DNA of 64,000 bases, taken from assembly GCA_034780895.1 (NCBI GenBank), contig JAUZTB010000127.1, positions 74,581,254-74,645,253 on the forward strand, read 5' to 3'. The position numbers were made by a program, and so were the translations under genes. The first letter of the stretch is position 1. Each line of letters begins with the position of its first letter. This document shows, one piece after another, positions 26,125-38,220 of the stretch. This DNA is from Rhynchobatus australiae (lineage: Eukaryota). The notes under the pieces were generated by a model, which had not been told where the DNA came from, did no database searches, and saw only the letters and a program-made list of their open reading frames with translations.

Positions 26125-26581
26125 GACATGTGGGCTTCGCAGTCTGAGCCAGCATTTAATTACCCATTCCTAGTTGCCCTTGAGCTGCTTCCTTGAACTG
26201 CTGCAGTCCTTGAGGTTTGTGTATACCCACAATGCTGTTAAGAAGAGAGTTCCAGGATTTTGACCCAGCAACGGCAATATATTTCCAAGTCAGGATGGTG
26301 TGTGGCTCGGAGGGCAACTTCTAGATGGTGGTGTTCCCATGCTTTTGCTGCCCTTGTCCTTGTAGCTGGTAGAGGTGGTGAGTTTGGAAGGTGCTGTCTA
26401 AGGAGCCTTATTACTGCAGTGCATCCTGTAGATGGTACAAACTGCTGCAACTGTGTATCTATGTTAGAGTGAATGAAAGGTTGTGGATGTGGTGCCTATC
26501 AAGTGGGCTGCTATATCTTTTATGATGTCAAATTTCTTTAGAGTTGTTGAAGCTGCACTCATCCAAGCAAGTTGAAGGATA
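26125..26581 (-). mobile_element. L2/CR1-group LINE 3' end, interrupted by a MITE
   Basis: Minus strand reads RLLRQHLPNSPPLPATRTRAAKAWEHHHL...ATHHPDLEIY and, in another frame, SKSWNSL, a recurrent chondrichthyan LINE C-terminus; similarity appears to resume weakly after 26933. Confidence 0.75.
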
Positions 26582-26583
26582 TA

Positions 26584-26931
26584 CAGGAAGTCCCCGGGTT
26601 ATGAACGAGTTCCATTTTTGAGACTGTTTGTAACTTGATTTTGTGTGCAACTCAGAACAGTGTCCAAGCATGCGCACTAGGCCTGGGGATCGCGACTTCG
26701 CATAAGCACTACGCCCAGCGATCATGGCCGCACTGGGCCCCAGCCGCACATGCGCACTGGGCCCGGGGATCGAGGCTGCGCATGTGCACTAGGCCAGGGG
26801 AGTGAGGCCGCACTTGTGCAATTGGCCCAGGGATCGCGGCTGCACATGTGCACTTGGCCCGAAGACCCACAAAGGCTCATTCGTAAGTACGGATGTTCAT
26901 AAGTCGGCGTTCGTAAGTCGGGGACTGCCTG
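26584..26931. mobile_element. Tc1/mariner Tigger-like MITE (348 bp)
   Basis: 24-bp terminal inverted repeats CAGGAAGTCCCCGGGTTATGAACG versus reverse complement CAGGCAGTCCCCGACTTACGAACG (20/24 identical); TA target duplication at 26582-26583 and 26932-26933. Confidence 0.88.
26666..26862. repeat. 32-bp GC-rich tandem array inside the MITE (about 6 units)
   Basis: Units gcacatgcgcactgggcccggggatcgaggct, gcgcatgtgcactaggccaggggagtgaggcc, gcacttgtgcaattggcccagggatcgcggct and others. Confidence 0.85.
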
Positions 26932-27462
26932 TACATTGCAGCCTGGATGTTGTGCGTTAAAAGTGCATCCATCTATTTGCTCCACCTTTGTTCCTACCTA
27001 TGTAAACAGTTTGAAAATAACAGAACAGTGGCTAGTAGTAGATTAGAAATTTCATTAAGTGGTAGAACAATTGGATCAGAGAGTAGAAAGGGAAGACCCA
27101 TCTTACCTTTACCTGCTACATGATTGCCAGGTGAGAGAGGGGTCGGCAAAGAGGGTTAAACTTGTTCCTTATAATTTTATACCTCCTTTAAAATAGAAAC
27201 ACATAGCAACTATTATGTTCCATGTGAAAGATTTTTGTGAAATAAAAACATGCCAAGGTCTGATTGAAAGAACAGAGCTGAGCACAGCACTCTGCTACTT
27301 CTTCGTTTTTGCTAAAGCAATTCCAGTGCTTGTGGGAAGAACTCATTATAAATGGTTGGCATGCTTGGTAGAGTACATAATTGAAAGGTGTGGCTGATCC
27401 TTTTTGCATTCATTAACATACTAGGTAAATCAATATTGAACACAACTGGTCTGAGCAGATAT

Positions 27463-27590
27463 TGGCTGTGACTTGATTAGTAGCACTCCTGCCTCTGAAG
27501 CAGAAAACTGTAGCTGCTAATCCCATTCTAGAGACTTGAGCACAAAATTCAGTGCCATATTAAGGATGTGCTGCATTATTGGAAGTAGTT
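27463..27590 (+). mobile_element. SacSINE1/DeuSINE-like SINE 5' fragment
   Basis: agtagcactcctgcctctgaagcagaa...cccattctagagacttgagcacaaaat...gtgctgcattattggaagt. Confidence 0.6.
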
Positions 27591-27802
27591 TTATTTTGGT
27601 TGCATTTTTTACCCTCCATAGCAACAAATAATTTTTTCTACCTGATTCCAGTGTTTGCATTCCCTTTACCAATGTCTGCTTTTCCAATTAAATTTTAAAT
27701 AATGCCATCCTTTCTGAATTGAGACTTGTTGATGCTGAGTCATAAATGATATACAAGGGTTCTTTTTTTAGCAAATAACTTTTAATTTTTGTAATTTTTT
27801 AA

Positions 27803-27931
27803 ATCAAAAATTACAGGAATCAGCCAGGAAAGTAGAGTTGAGGAGAAAAAGCAGACATAATCTTATTGAATGGTGGAGAAAGCTCATGGTGTTGTATGAA
27901 CTACTCTTGCTCCTATTTCTTATATTCTTAC
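27803..27931 (+). mobile_element. CR1 extreme 3' end
   Basis: caggaaagtagagttgagg...atcttattgaatggtggag...ctactcttgctcctatttcttatattctta. Confidence 0.7.
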
Positions 27932-29129
27932 AGTGAGAAAAATAATCCCCAGCTCCACAATGTATGAAACCCTCCTTTTTAAATTATTATTATTTAAGCT
28001 TGTTTCTGCTTCTATCCATCCTGCTCCATTCTTTCATCATTTTAATTCTACTCACATTAATCTACATGCTTTTTACAAAATGTATTGTCACTTCATGTTT
28101 TGTTTATTTGACAGCTCCATCTGTAGTGAGTTAAAGTAGTTAGTTTATACATCTTTTGTTTGTGATCAATTAAACATAGTACATGGTGTACTAAATTGGA
28201 AATAACACGCACTGAGTTTACCAGAATGTTTAGAAAGAGGTCCACAATGGGGTGGGAGGGGGTTGGGGAAGGGGGTTGGGAAGATATCACTGGAAGCCAG
28301 AAGAGCTAGCTTCCTACAGCTGTGCATTTTTCAGCCAAATAGTCCAAATACATACAGATTCTCTATTGCTTAATGGAAAAGCTGTAAGAGAATTTGGAAC
28401 AAGTATGAAATTGCATCACAATATATTGAAGCTGCAGTACTAAACAATATGGATTATTGTTGAAAGTACCTAGCAGTCTTCAACTGGAAGAATCGAAAAT
28501 AAACTGAAGTCCAGGTGGGACTACAGGGTTCCACCCACTGTGGAACTCCTTCACTGACCCGGCCAAACTTCATAGGATTTTGGTTATTAGAACCACTAGC
28601 ACTGTTCTTCCCTCAGTTCTCATGTCAAGCTTTCCTCAAGACCTATGCCCTAACCCTCTGCTTTTCCCTGAGCTTGCATCTTTTGCTACTTTCTCTTATT
28701 TCCCCTGAAGCTCATTCCAAGTTCACTTTGTCTATGAATTCTACCATCTCCTCTATCAACAATTTTGTTTGATTGATAATAGTTGCCTCCTCAGATACCA
28801 TCCTTTCCACTCCATTAATCTTCCCTTTCTCTACACACCTAACCACAATTCCAGTGTCTTTGCAATCTACTACCGCCTTTCTCCTGCTTTGCAGTCCTAT
28901 TGAGAATTACTGAATTTGTTTCTGCATCCCAAGTTGGTGGCTAATTTTTCCTCAGCTCCATATTTATATTTACAATCAGGAATCCACCCTGCCAAATCAC
29001 AGAAACAGACTTCTTCAATGCAAAAGATGATATCCTGTGTGATTGCAAGCAGTCACATGAAGCCACTGAAAAGTGGAAAAGTTACTTAGTCCAATTGGGA
29101 CGCACCCAAGGTTACAATAAGCAGAAATA

Positions 29130-30480
29130 ATAGAAACTCTTGTCACAATATTTGAATCCTCTTTAGATGTTATGAGTGGGGAGGACAGGGGAGAGGATTG
29201 CAAATATTAAACCTTCTTTTAAAAGGGGAATGAGGTAAATCCAGCAACTCTTAAGCCAAGCAGCCTAACATAAATAGAAAGAATGCTGTAAATACTTGTG
29301 TACAACATTTTAGGGAAACAGAATTAATATATCAAGCAGGTAAACATTCATGGAGGTGGGGAAAATTTAGACTTAAAAATCTGAGAGAANNNNNNNNNNN
29401 NNNNNNNNNNNNNNNNNNNNNNNNNNNNNNNNNNNNNNNNNNNNNNNNNNNNNNNNNNNNNNNNNNNNNNNNNNNNNNNNNNNNNNNNNNNNNNNNNNNN
29501 NNNNNNNNNNNNNNNNNNNNNNNNNNNNNNNNNNNNNNNNNNNNNNNNNNNNNNNNNNNNNNNNNNNNNNNNNNNNNNNNNNNNNNNNNNNNNNNNNNNN
29601 NNNNNNNNNNNNNNNNNNNNNNNNNNNNNNNNNNNNNNNNNNNNNNNNNNNNNNNNNNNNNNNNNNNNNNNNNNNNNNNNNNNNNNNNNNNNNNNNNNNN
29701 ACCCCTTGAGGTCCATATGAGGACAACTGTCTGATATAAAATAATCACCTGAACTTGAGTATAATATCAAAATCAGATGATGGCGTAAAACTCATAAATA
29801 TGGCAAACAATTAGAAGGATAGTAATGGACTTTGAGAGGATTTAGGCAGATTGGTGAAATGGGCTGACTTATAACAGGTAAAATTTAGTGGCGAAAAACT
29901 GGAATTGACGGATTTTGGTAATAAGAACGAGAATGGGTCCCATTTAAAGCGGTGTAGGAATAGAGCTCTCTGGAGGGTGGGTACGAAACAGATGAAAGCA
30001 GCAAGACAAGATGGGAAAGCTATGGTAATTGACAAGGCAAGATTTAAAAAGAAAAGCCAGAGGCATCCTTGACTTTAGTAGTAGCTGTCTCAGCTGGAGT
30101 ATTATGTTTAATTCTGGGTACCACACATTGAAGAGATTTGGCATCAAGTTGAGAAGCTTTGATTATGTGGAGTGACTGGAAAAGCTGTGGTCCTCCCCAG
30201 GGCAAAGAGGAAATCTGATGNNNNNNNNNNNNNNNNNNNNNNNNNNTAATTCAAGTGGTTGGGTGTAGGGAGGAGACATCAGAGGAATGGAAGATTTCAA
30301 ATAGGGTGGTGAAAGCAGTATCAATAGTAACATTCGAGAGAGAATTAGATAAGTACTTGAAGAGGAAATTGAACAGGACAATGGGGAAAAGTATATGAAT
30401 GGGACTAATGGGATAATCTGCTATCAAGTCAGCACATGCGTGGTAAGATGAATAATTTCCTACATTATTCAATAATTCTT
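29130..30480 (+). mobile_element. Highly decayed CR1 ORF2 remnant with gaps
   Basis: Motifs gaggattgcaaatattaaacc, gatttaggcagattggtgaaatgggctgac, ctggagtattatgtttaattctggg, gagagaattagataagtacttga. Confidence 0.65.
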
Positions 30481-30734
30481 TGAACATCTTGCCTTTTACC
30501 TAGTGTGGGTCTTTCAATACAACTTTGCATATTTGTTATTTGTGTGTTCTTTTAACATTTTTGAATTGCCCAACCAGGTGACCTCTTTATATTTAATCTT
30601 TAATAGATTTTTATTTTAAGAAACTTGCAAGGCACTTAAGCAATCAACTTGTTCTCTCCCTCTCTGTAGTATGAATTAATTCATTCTCTTCTGTTTTTAT
30701 CCTACCAAGGGAGTTGCTCAACTTTCAGTTTATG

Positions 30735-30850
30735 GTTTTGTTGAAGGATTGTACCCAAAACTTTAACTTACCTTTTCTTAAAATGTTGATTGACTGTATT
30801 GTTTGTTGAATATTTTCTGCTGTTATTTCAATTTTGAGCATCTGCAGAAT
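30735..30850 (+). mobile_element. Penelope-like tail remnant
   Basis: tattttctgctgttatttcaattttgagcatctgcagaattt end motif. Confidence 0.45.
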
Positions 30851-33059
30851 TTTTAAAATATTATTTAAATGTCATTATTGGTCTTCTGCCTTTTAAGTCT
30901 CCTCCCTTTTTTTTCTTTCCATTTGCTTAGCCATTAAAATGAGGTTGAACTATTGCAAATATTATTGTACATCATTTTACGCCAAATAGAGTTTACAATA
31001 TCACATTCTAACATCAATTGTTCACATACAACTCCCATTCCAACAATTTTACCAAGAAGATAAACAATTTATTTAAATTATTGCATTTGTTAATAACATG
31101 AGCATTTCATGATGACTTGTTGAAATGCTAATATTTCAGTTTTTGGAAGAGCAAAGTACCAGACGAAGTGGACTCTTATTAATCCTTAACTGTTGTAATT
31201 CTTAGACTAGTGAAGCTACATGCAGAATGAACGATTAATACAAAGCACAAGGTATACAACTAGTAATCTTTTAAAATGTGTCACAAATGTAATGAATTTA
31301 AATGAAATCCAAGAGATGAAATTAGACTGTTGTAGGCTGTTGAGTTGAGTTCCTACAGTAGATTATGTATGAATAAATTGGCAGTTTGTACCCCTCATTT
31401 CCAGAGGGAACCAATACACTCTTGACGTATCCTGGCCAACAGTGAGACATCAAATTTTATTGCGACTTCACTATTCTGGGAGTTCCTGATGTGTTCTGTG
31501 GAGAGGAGTGAATTCATCCATCACTTGAAATATAAATAAGCAATGTTGATGGTGGACTCTCTTTGTTAGGAATTCCCTCAAGAATGGTTCATTCAGAAAA
31601 TTGCCTATCTTTCAGGTAAAGTATATTTGTCTTTACATGAGAGAAGATGATAGGACACAATTGGCAGAATCCAAGCCAAGATAAAGAAACATAGGCTGTT
31701 TCTCAATGGATCCCTCAAACACTGGGCTGACAGGCATTCAACTGTGATGACATAAAACAAGAAATAAATATTTGGGCAATTATAAGAACTCTTGTATTTT
31801 TATATTTATACTTCTATATTCTTATTTTTAAAGAATTGGTAAAGGCATGTAGAGCAAAATCCGTTGACTTTAATGGAAGTAAATGTGTAGGATTTCAGTA
31901 TATCAAGTATCTGATACTCTTGCCTATAGTTAGCACTGGCCACTAAAGACAAACGTCTTCATTTATCTCTTGGCTGTAAAGCTTCTGAGGCATAGCATGG
32001 ATTGTCATGAGGGAATGAAGAGATTAATAACTGCTGCAATATGATTTAGGTACAAGTTAGCAAACATGGCCAAGTGCAGAGTTGAAGAGATAAGTTTTAG
32101 TACAGTAAGATGTTGGAAATGATGAGTCCAAAAAACAAACAAATGGAAAAGAAGAGAAGAAAATGAGCGATGAAATGTAAGAGTGAGGAAGATACCAAGG
32201 AGGAGAGAATTGCCGATTGCTCTCACAATTAATAATCCACTGGTTTNNNNNNNNNNNNNNNNNNNNNNNNNNNNNNNNNNNNNNNNNNNNNNNNNNNNNN
32301 NNNNNNNNNNNNNNNNNNNNNNNNNNNNNNNNNNNNNNNNNNNNNNNNNNNNNNNNNTGCTCCTAATCAAAATAACACAGTGATTTTTGTAACTGTCTAG
32401 TTATTCCCAACTGCCTGCCAGAGATTAATTTTTAATTGTTGGAATTTCCAGAACATTCCCATTGTGCTAGCAACTATTAATTAAGAGTGGAGCAATTGCA
32501 AATATGGATACTCTTGTGGAGACAGTGTAATAATCTTGTCTGTGAGTTACAAAGGAATTTATCATATTTTCTACAAGCCTAATTAATGACAGGATTTTGA
32601 AATTCCAGTGGTTTGAGGTCTGGATTCTATAGCTTTTTGGAGGGAGCAGTAAGTATCAGTCTACAAAGCCAGACAGATTACTGGAAAGAATGTCATGCAT
32701 TTGAATGCTCATTTCTGCTTTCGTGTCATTTTATCTCATAGCTAAGTTTGGAAACATAAGCATAAAACCTGAGTCCAGACTATTACTTTAAGGGTCATTT
32801 TTGTGTGTACAAATACACAAATAAGAAAAAATATTAATTAATTGTAGCTGGAAATGTTGATTTATGGAGCAAACTTCACTGAGCAATGATGAATCAGCAG
32901 TGGCATTTTCAAAGTCCCACTGATGCAGCAGGTTAACATACTGCACATTCACCAACTCTGTGAGTGTCACGGAGTACATTGGAAGAGTGCTGAGACAGCC
33001 TTTGGGAGGGTGGTATCTATAGTGTATATTTACAATGGGATAAGAAGAAATTGCCAGCT

Positions 33060-33366
33060 CAGCCCACTCAGTGGTATTTTTCTAGTAGTCAGAGATTGTG
33101 AGTTCAAACACTGCTTCAGCACTTTAGCATTTGCTCCAGCATTAGCATTCTTGTCCACTCCTGAGGGAGCCCTACATTATCTGAAATAGCAATTTTCAGA
33201 TTTGAGGTTAAACCAAGAATAAACCATCTGCCAGGTGAGGTAAATGTTGAAGATTCAATGTTACAATTCAAAAATAAGAATGGCCTTTTCCTGTGTTCTA
33301 CTCCATAACCCATAGAATCAAAGATAGATAATTGATTAACTGCTTACCTGTCTCATCACTATTTGT
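33060..33366 (+). mobile_element. SacSINE1/DeuSINE-like SINE, decayed, cut by a Rex insertion
   Basis: agtcagagattgtgagttcaaac; ctgagggagccctac; tttcagatttgaggttaaaccaag; ctcatcactatttgt. Confidence 0.5.
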
Positions 33367-33374
33367 CCGGTGTA

Positions 33375-33766
33375 TTGGTATTGGTTTATTATTGTCACTT
33401 GTACTGAGGTAGGGTGAAAAATTTGTTGTGCATACCATTCATACAGATCAATTCATTACATAGTGCATTGACGTAGTACAGAGTGCATTGAGGTTGTACA
33501 GGGTAAAAACAACAAAATACAGAGTAAAGTGTCACAGTTACAGGGAAGTGCATTGTAGGTANNNNNNNNNNNNNNNNNNNNNNNNNNNNNNAAAGTGTCA
33601 CAGTTACAGGGAAGTGCATTGTAGGTCGACAATAAGGTGCAATAGTTTTATCACTGTAGGATAGAAGCTGTCCTTGAGCATGGTGATATGTGCCCTCAGG
33701 CTCCTGTATCTTTTGTCTGATGACAGAGGAGAAAAGAGAGAATGACCTGGGTGGGTGGGGTCTTTG
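33375..33766 (-). mobile_element. Rex1/Babar 3' fragment
   Basis: KDPTHPGHSLFSPLSSDKRYRSLRAHITMLKDSFYPTVIKLL and reversed tail ttggtattggtttattattgtcac. Confidence 0.88.
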
Positions 33767-34904
33767 CTATTCATAAAGATAAGTAGCACATTTTGCTCCT
33801 CTAACAAAAACTTATTTGGGGTAAGCTAAGCTTCTCCCACTTTCCTTGCAGCCACTTGCTTATCTGTCCAACCTAACTGCTTCTATTGAGATTAACGCCT
33901 ACTTCTCTTGTCTGCCAAAATGCAAAAGAAGGGACGGAGGGGATAAAGAGAGGTGAAAACAAGTGAGGAAGAGTGAGAAATAAAGGAGAGCAAAATAAAT
34001 TGTGGAATGGAAAAAGTAATAACTCTGGAGCAAGAATCTGAGGACAGCAAAATGGAGATTGAATTGAAAGAGGAAATGAAAAGAAGATGATACATCAGAG
34101 CGAGCTGTGGACAGAAGTGTTTGCATAGTGATGGGATTTTGAAAAATGGAAGAGCAGAATCTGAGGTAAAAGAGCAGAGATGTTGACAGATAGAATAGTG
34201 AAGTAAATGCATCACAATCTGGGCAAGCTTGACAGAAGTTTGGCACCAGGTTCCACAGCCTATTTTTGCAGACATTCCAATCTCTGCAGGAAGTGTGTGA
34301 TAGGTACTCCATTTGCATATTGATTTCTGAACATTAGAGAGGCCCCTGTAGGGAATAAACATATTGCAAAAATTATACTCTTATATTAGCTAATATATCT
34401 GAACATCATGTTCAGAGAGTTTGAAATAAAAGCAGCAACTTCAATTCCACATCAACGTGAGTATTTATTGACTGTACCAATTTACAACTAACATAATGGA
34501 CAATACATCATTCCAAAGACTGAACATTGGAGAGCTTTTTAGGTCATGGTTATTCTAAGTTGTTTTTAAGTCAATGTTACAGTAGTTGGAAATGTTGTAA
34601 AGTATCATATGGTATAAAATCTGAGTCTTGAAAGTAACTTTTATATTAAGCAATTTCTCTTAAAATGAGAATCAAGAAGAGGGAAGTTTATTTTGGTCTT
34701 TGTAGCTAGGTTTCAGAATCAGTTGGGTTGCATTCTGATCAAGGCATGGGATCAATGGTGGGGCTGTTGTTGGGGTGAGTATCAGTAGTCCAGGGAGGTG
34801 GGTAGGGTCAGGTAGTCAGATTCATGGATATGGGTTATCTGATGGGGCTATATCCATATTTCCATATTTTCTTATTCTTATAACATTTATTTAGAAGAGC
34901 AGTG

Positions 34905-36040
34905 GGGATAATCCAGGGAACTACAGGTGGGTGAACCTTGCATCGTTGATGGGAAAGTTATCAGAAGGGATTCAGAGAGACAGGATTTATTTGCATTTGA
35001 AAAGGTAAGGACTGATTACAGATGGTCAGCATGGCTTTGTGCATGGGAAGTCACACTTCATGAATCTGATTTTTTTTGAAGAGGTGACCAAAAGGATTGA
35101 TGAGGACAGGGTGGTGAGGTTTTTACGTCGACAGGGTCCCACATGGTAGGCTGGGAAGTGAGGTTAGAAAGCAGGGAATCCAGAATGAGCTAGCCAATTA
35201 AATACAAAATTGATTTGGTGGTAGGAGGCAGAGAGTGGTAGTGGAAGATTGTTTTTTTTAGATTGAAGGCCCATGTGCTACAGATCTCTGTTGTTTGTCA
35301 TTTGTATGTTGATGATTTGGATGAAGAGTAGGTGACATGCATGTTGGGAAGTTAAACCTGGGCAGGAAATACACAGAATGGCAGGGCCTTGGGGTATGTT
35401 GTTGCACTGAGAGAGCTTGGAGTACAAGTACATAGTTCCCTGTAAGTAGCAACACAGGGTAGTGAAGAAGACACATGACATGCTTGCCTTCATTGGCTGC
35501 ATTATTGAGTACAAAAGATGGGGCAATGTTACAATTGTACAAAATGTTGATTAGTACTGTGTGCAGTTCTACACTACAGGAAGGATGTAATTAAGATAGA
35601 GAGGGTGCAGAAAAAATTCACAAGGATGTCTTCTGGATTGGAGGGCTTGAATTATAAGGAGAGACTGGATAGCCTGGGTCTGTTTTCCCTGGAGCTAAGG
35701 AGACTGAGAAGTAACATGATAGAGGTATATGAAAGGCATAGATAGGACAAATTGCCAGAGTCTGTTTCCCATGGTAGGTGGCATCTAAAGCTAGAGGGCT
35801 TATGTTTAGGGTGAGAGGGAAGACGTTTAAAGGGGATCTGTGGGGTAAGTTTTTCACATAAAGAGTAGTTGGTATCTGGAATGAGTGGCCAGAAGAGTTT
35901 GTGGAGGCAGGAACAGTAATAACAGGCATCTGGACAAGTACTTGAATGAGCAAGGTAACTAAGGGTATGGAATGAATACAGGCAAGAGGGATTAGTATAG
36001 ATAGGCATGATAGTCGGCTGGACAACCCTCTGACTCCATA
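34905..36040 (+). mobile_element. CR1 (HER1-like) ORF2 RT to 3' end, decayed with internal deletions
   Basis: DNPGNYR-like gataatccagggaactacagg; QHGFV (cagcatggctttgtg); gagagggtgcagaaaaaattcacaaggatg; ggtatctggaatgagtggccaga. Confidence 0.88.
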
Positions 36041-36347
36041 GAAGGACAATTCAGCCCACTGAATCTATGTCAGCTCATGGAGCAATCTCATTCCCCCACC
36101 TTCTCTCCCAGGAACATTATCCCCACATTTCCATCTGCTCCCTCCAAACTCTACCACTCATCAATATTACTGGGGCAATTTCAAGTGGCCATGACGCTAC
36201 CATTCCAAATGTCATTTGGAATGTAGGAGGAAACCCACACAGTCAGAAGGAGAACATGCAAACTTGACACTGACAGCACAGTGGCCAGGACTGAACCCGG
36301 GTTGCTGGAGCTGCCTCACAGCACTATTAGCTGTGCCACTGTGCCCC
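36040..36347 (-). mobile_element. HE1-like V-SINE
   Basis: Minus strand begins ggggcacagtggcacagctaatagtgctgtgaggcagctccagcaacccgggttcagtcctg (tRNA head) followed by V-domain gtttgcatgttctcc...gtgtgggtttcctcc. Confidence 0.75.
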
Positions 36348-36914
36348 ACTTGCGTCATGAAGAGCCAGAATGAAAAAGGTATTTTGTTTGGCACTGAAAC
36401 CGTATTAGGCAGCACACAAAAACATATGCTATTCTATTCAATTTCTAAGCCTGTGCCTATTACGTAGAAGAGTACAGCAAAGAACAAGCTCTTTGGTCCA
36501 CAGTGTCATGCTGACCGTGATGCTAATTTAAACTCGACCCCTCCTGCACTTGGTCTATATCCCTCCATTCTTTTCCATTAAGCTGATTTTGTCAAGGAAG
36601 AAATGCAAGAGAAGGCAGGTTACTTTTTCCTCTGTAGTGAACTTTATCCTGAGAGACTTTAAACAGTGGAATCTGGGTNNNNNNNNNNNNNNNNNNNNNN
36701 NNNNNNNNNNNNNNNNNNNNNNNNNNNNNNNNNNNNNNNNNNNNNNNNNNNNNNNNNNNNNNNNNNNNNNNNNNNNNNNNNNNNNNNNNNNNNNNNNNNN
36801 NNNNNNNNNNNNNNNNNGCCAAAATACAGAAGTAACTTGACCAGTTGAAAAATTTCACATGGAGTTTTTAGTTTCAACCGAGCCATTAGAAACTCAAAGT
36901 ATTAAGATGCTAAG

Positions 36915-37362
36915 AAAACACAGAACAGTACAGCACAGGAACAGGCCCTTTGGCCCATGATGTCTGTGCTGACCATTACGACAACCTAAATCAATCCCAT
37001 CTGCTTGCACATAGTCCATATCCCTCCATTCACTGCCTGTTCAAGTGCCTGTCTAAATGCATCTTGAACATTGCTATCGTATCTGCTTCCACTGCTTCCA
37101 CCACTTCCCCTGGTAACACATTCCAGGCACCTACCATTCATCTGTGTGGGAATAAAAATCTTGCCTCATAAATCTCCTTTAAATATTCCCCCTCTCATCC
37201 TTAAGCTGTGTCCTCTGTTTGACATTTCTACCCTGGGAAACAGACACTGACTCTTTACCCTACCTATGCCTCTCACAATTTTATATACTTCTAGCAGGTC
37301 GGCCCTCAGCTTCTGATGCTCCAGGGAGAACAATCCAAGTCTGTCCAACCTCTCCTTATAGC
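36915..37362 (-). mobile_element. CR1 (HER1-like) 3' fragment
   Basis: SYKERLDRLGLFSLEHQKLRADLLEVYKIVRGIGRVKSQCLFPRVEMS; reversed tail agaacagtacagcacaggaacaggccc. Confidence 0.9.
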
Positions 37363-37480
37363 TAAAAGGTGGAATGATATTGCATTTCAGGAGGATATTC
37401 AACTTGACATCCACTTAAATTTCCAGCAGTTTGGTTTAAAAAAATAGCCATAAAAAGTCTTCATTTTGTTGACTTGATAA

Positions 37481-37615
37481 AGTCAAAGTTGAGTTTATTG
37501 TCACATGCACAAGTACATGTCTGCACAGATGCAATGATAAACTTACTTGCAGCAGCATTACATGCACATAACATCATGTCAGCAGCATTCACAAGAAAGA
37601 CAAAAAATAAATTAT
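37481..37615 (-). mobile_element. Rex1/Babar-type 3' tail (different subfamily)
   Basis: agttgagtttattgtcacatgcacaagtacatg...aacttacttgcagcagcat. Confidence 0.55.
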
Positions 37616-38139
37616 GCATACTACATCTGAAAGATTTTTGCCTGCTAGGAAAACTAAGTGATCCATTCAAACAGGTGCACAGCATAGCAGACTTCACCTG
37701 ATCTCTTGCCTTGCAAGTCTTCCACAGCACCATGACCATTGCTCAGCCCATATCAACTAATTCATGACAGACCAAGGACCAGAACAGAGTGTTCTGGATT
37801 AGCAATGTTCAGATCAACAACACAGTAGATTTATCCATCACTCTGCCAAGGGGGTTTTAAAAGCCAGAAATTTTCAGCCATTCATCTGTTTGTTAAAGTC
37901 AATTGAAATTTTAAAATGCCAAGAATTTCATGTGGTCACAAGTCATAATTCAAAGCATTTGGTGTAAAAAAACAAATTCATTCACTAAGCAGCCAAAATC
38001 CACAGTCCTTGCTCATTAAAGTGAAATGAAAAAGACAGCAACCTAGAACTTTTTCCTCATATTGCAACCTTGCTGCAGGTTACATGGTTAAACCTTATGT
38101 GAAACCCAATCACTAAACATGATCAGTAGCACACTTCAT

Positions 38140-38220
38140 GGAGAGTCATGGAGTCATACAGCATAGAAAACAGGCCCTCCTGCCCAACTCGCCCATGCTG
38201 ACCCTGATACCTTTCTATGT
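38140..38220 (-). mobile_element. CR1/HE1 3' tail only
   Basis: gagtcatggagtcatacagcatagaaaacaggccc; similar short tails near 17320-17370, 36465-36580 and 39308-39420. Confidence 0.65.

Noticed and set aside
26666-26862. 32-bp periodic array as a possible CRISPR
   Set aside because: Contiguous degenerate units with no unique spacers, inside a eukaryotic MITE, and no cas genes.
33526-33626. 35-bp direct repeat in a Rex tail
   Set aside because: Flanks an N-gap; probably scaffolding overlap or trivial tail duplication.
33892-34362. 139-156 aa hydrophobic ORFs on the minus strand
   Set aside because: Reverse complement of purine-rich low-complexity DNA gives stop-poor F/L/S frames; no recognisable domain.
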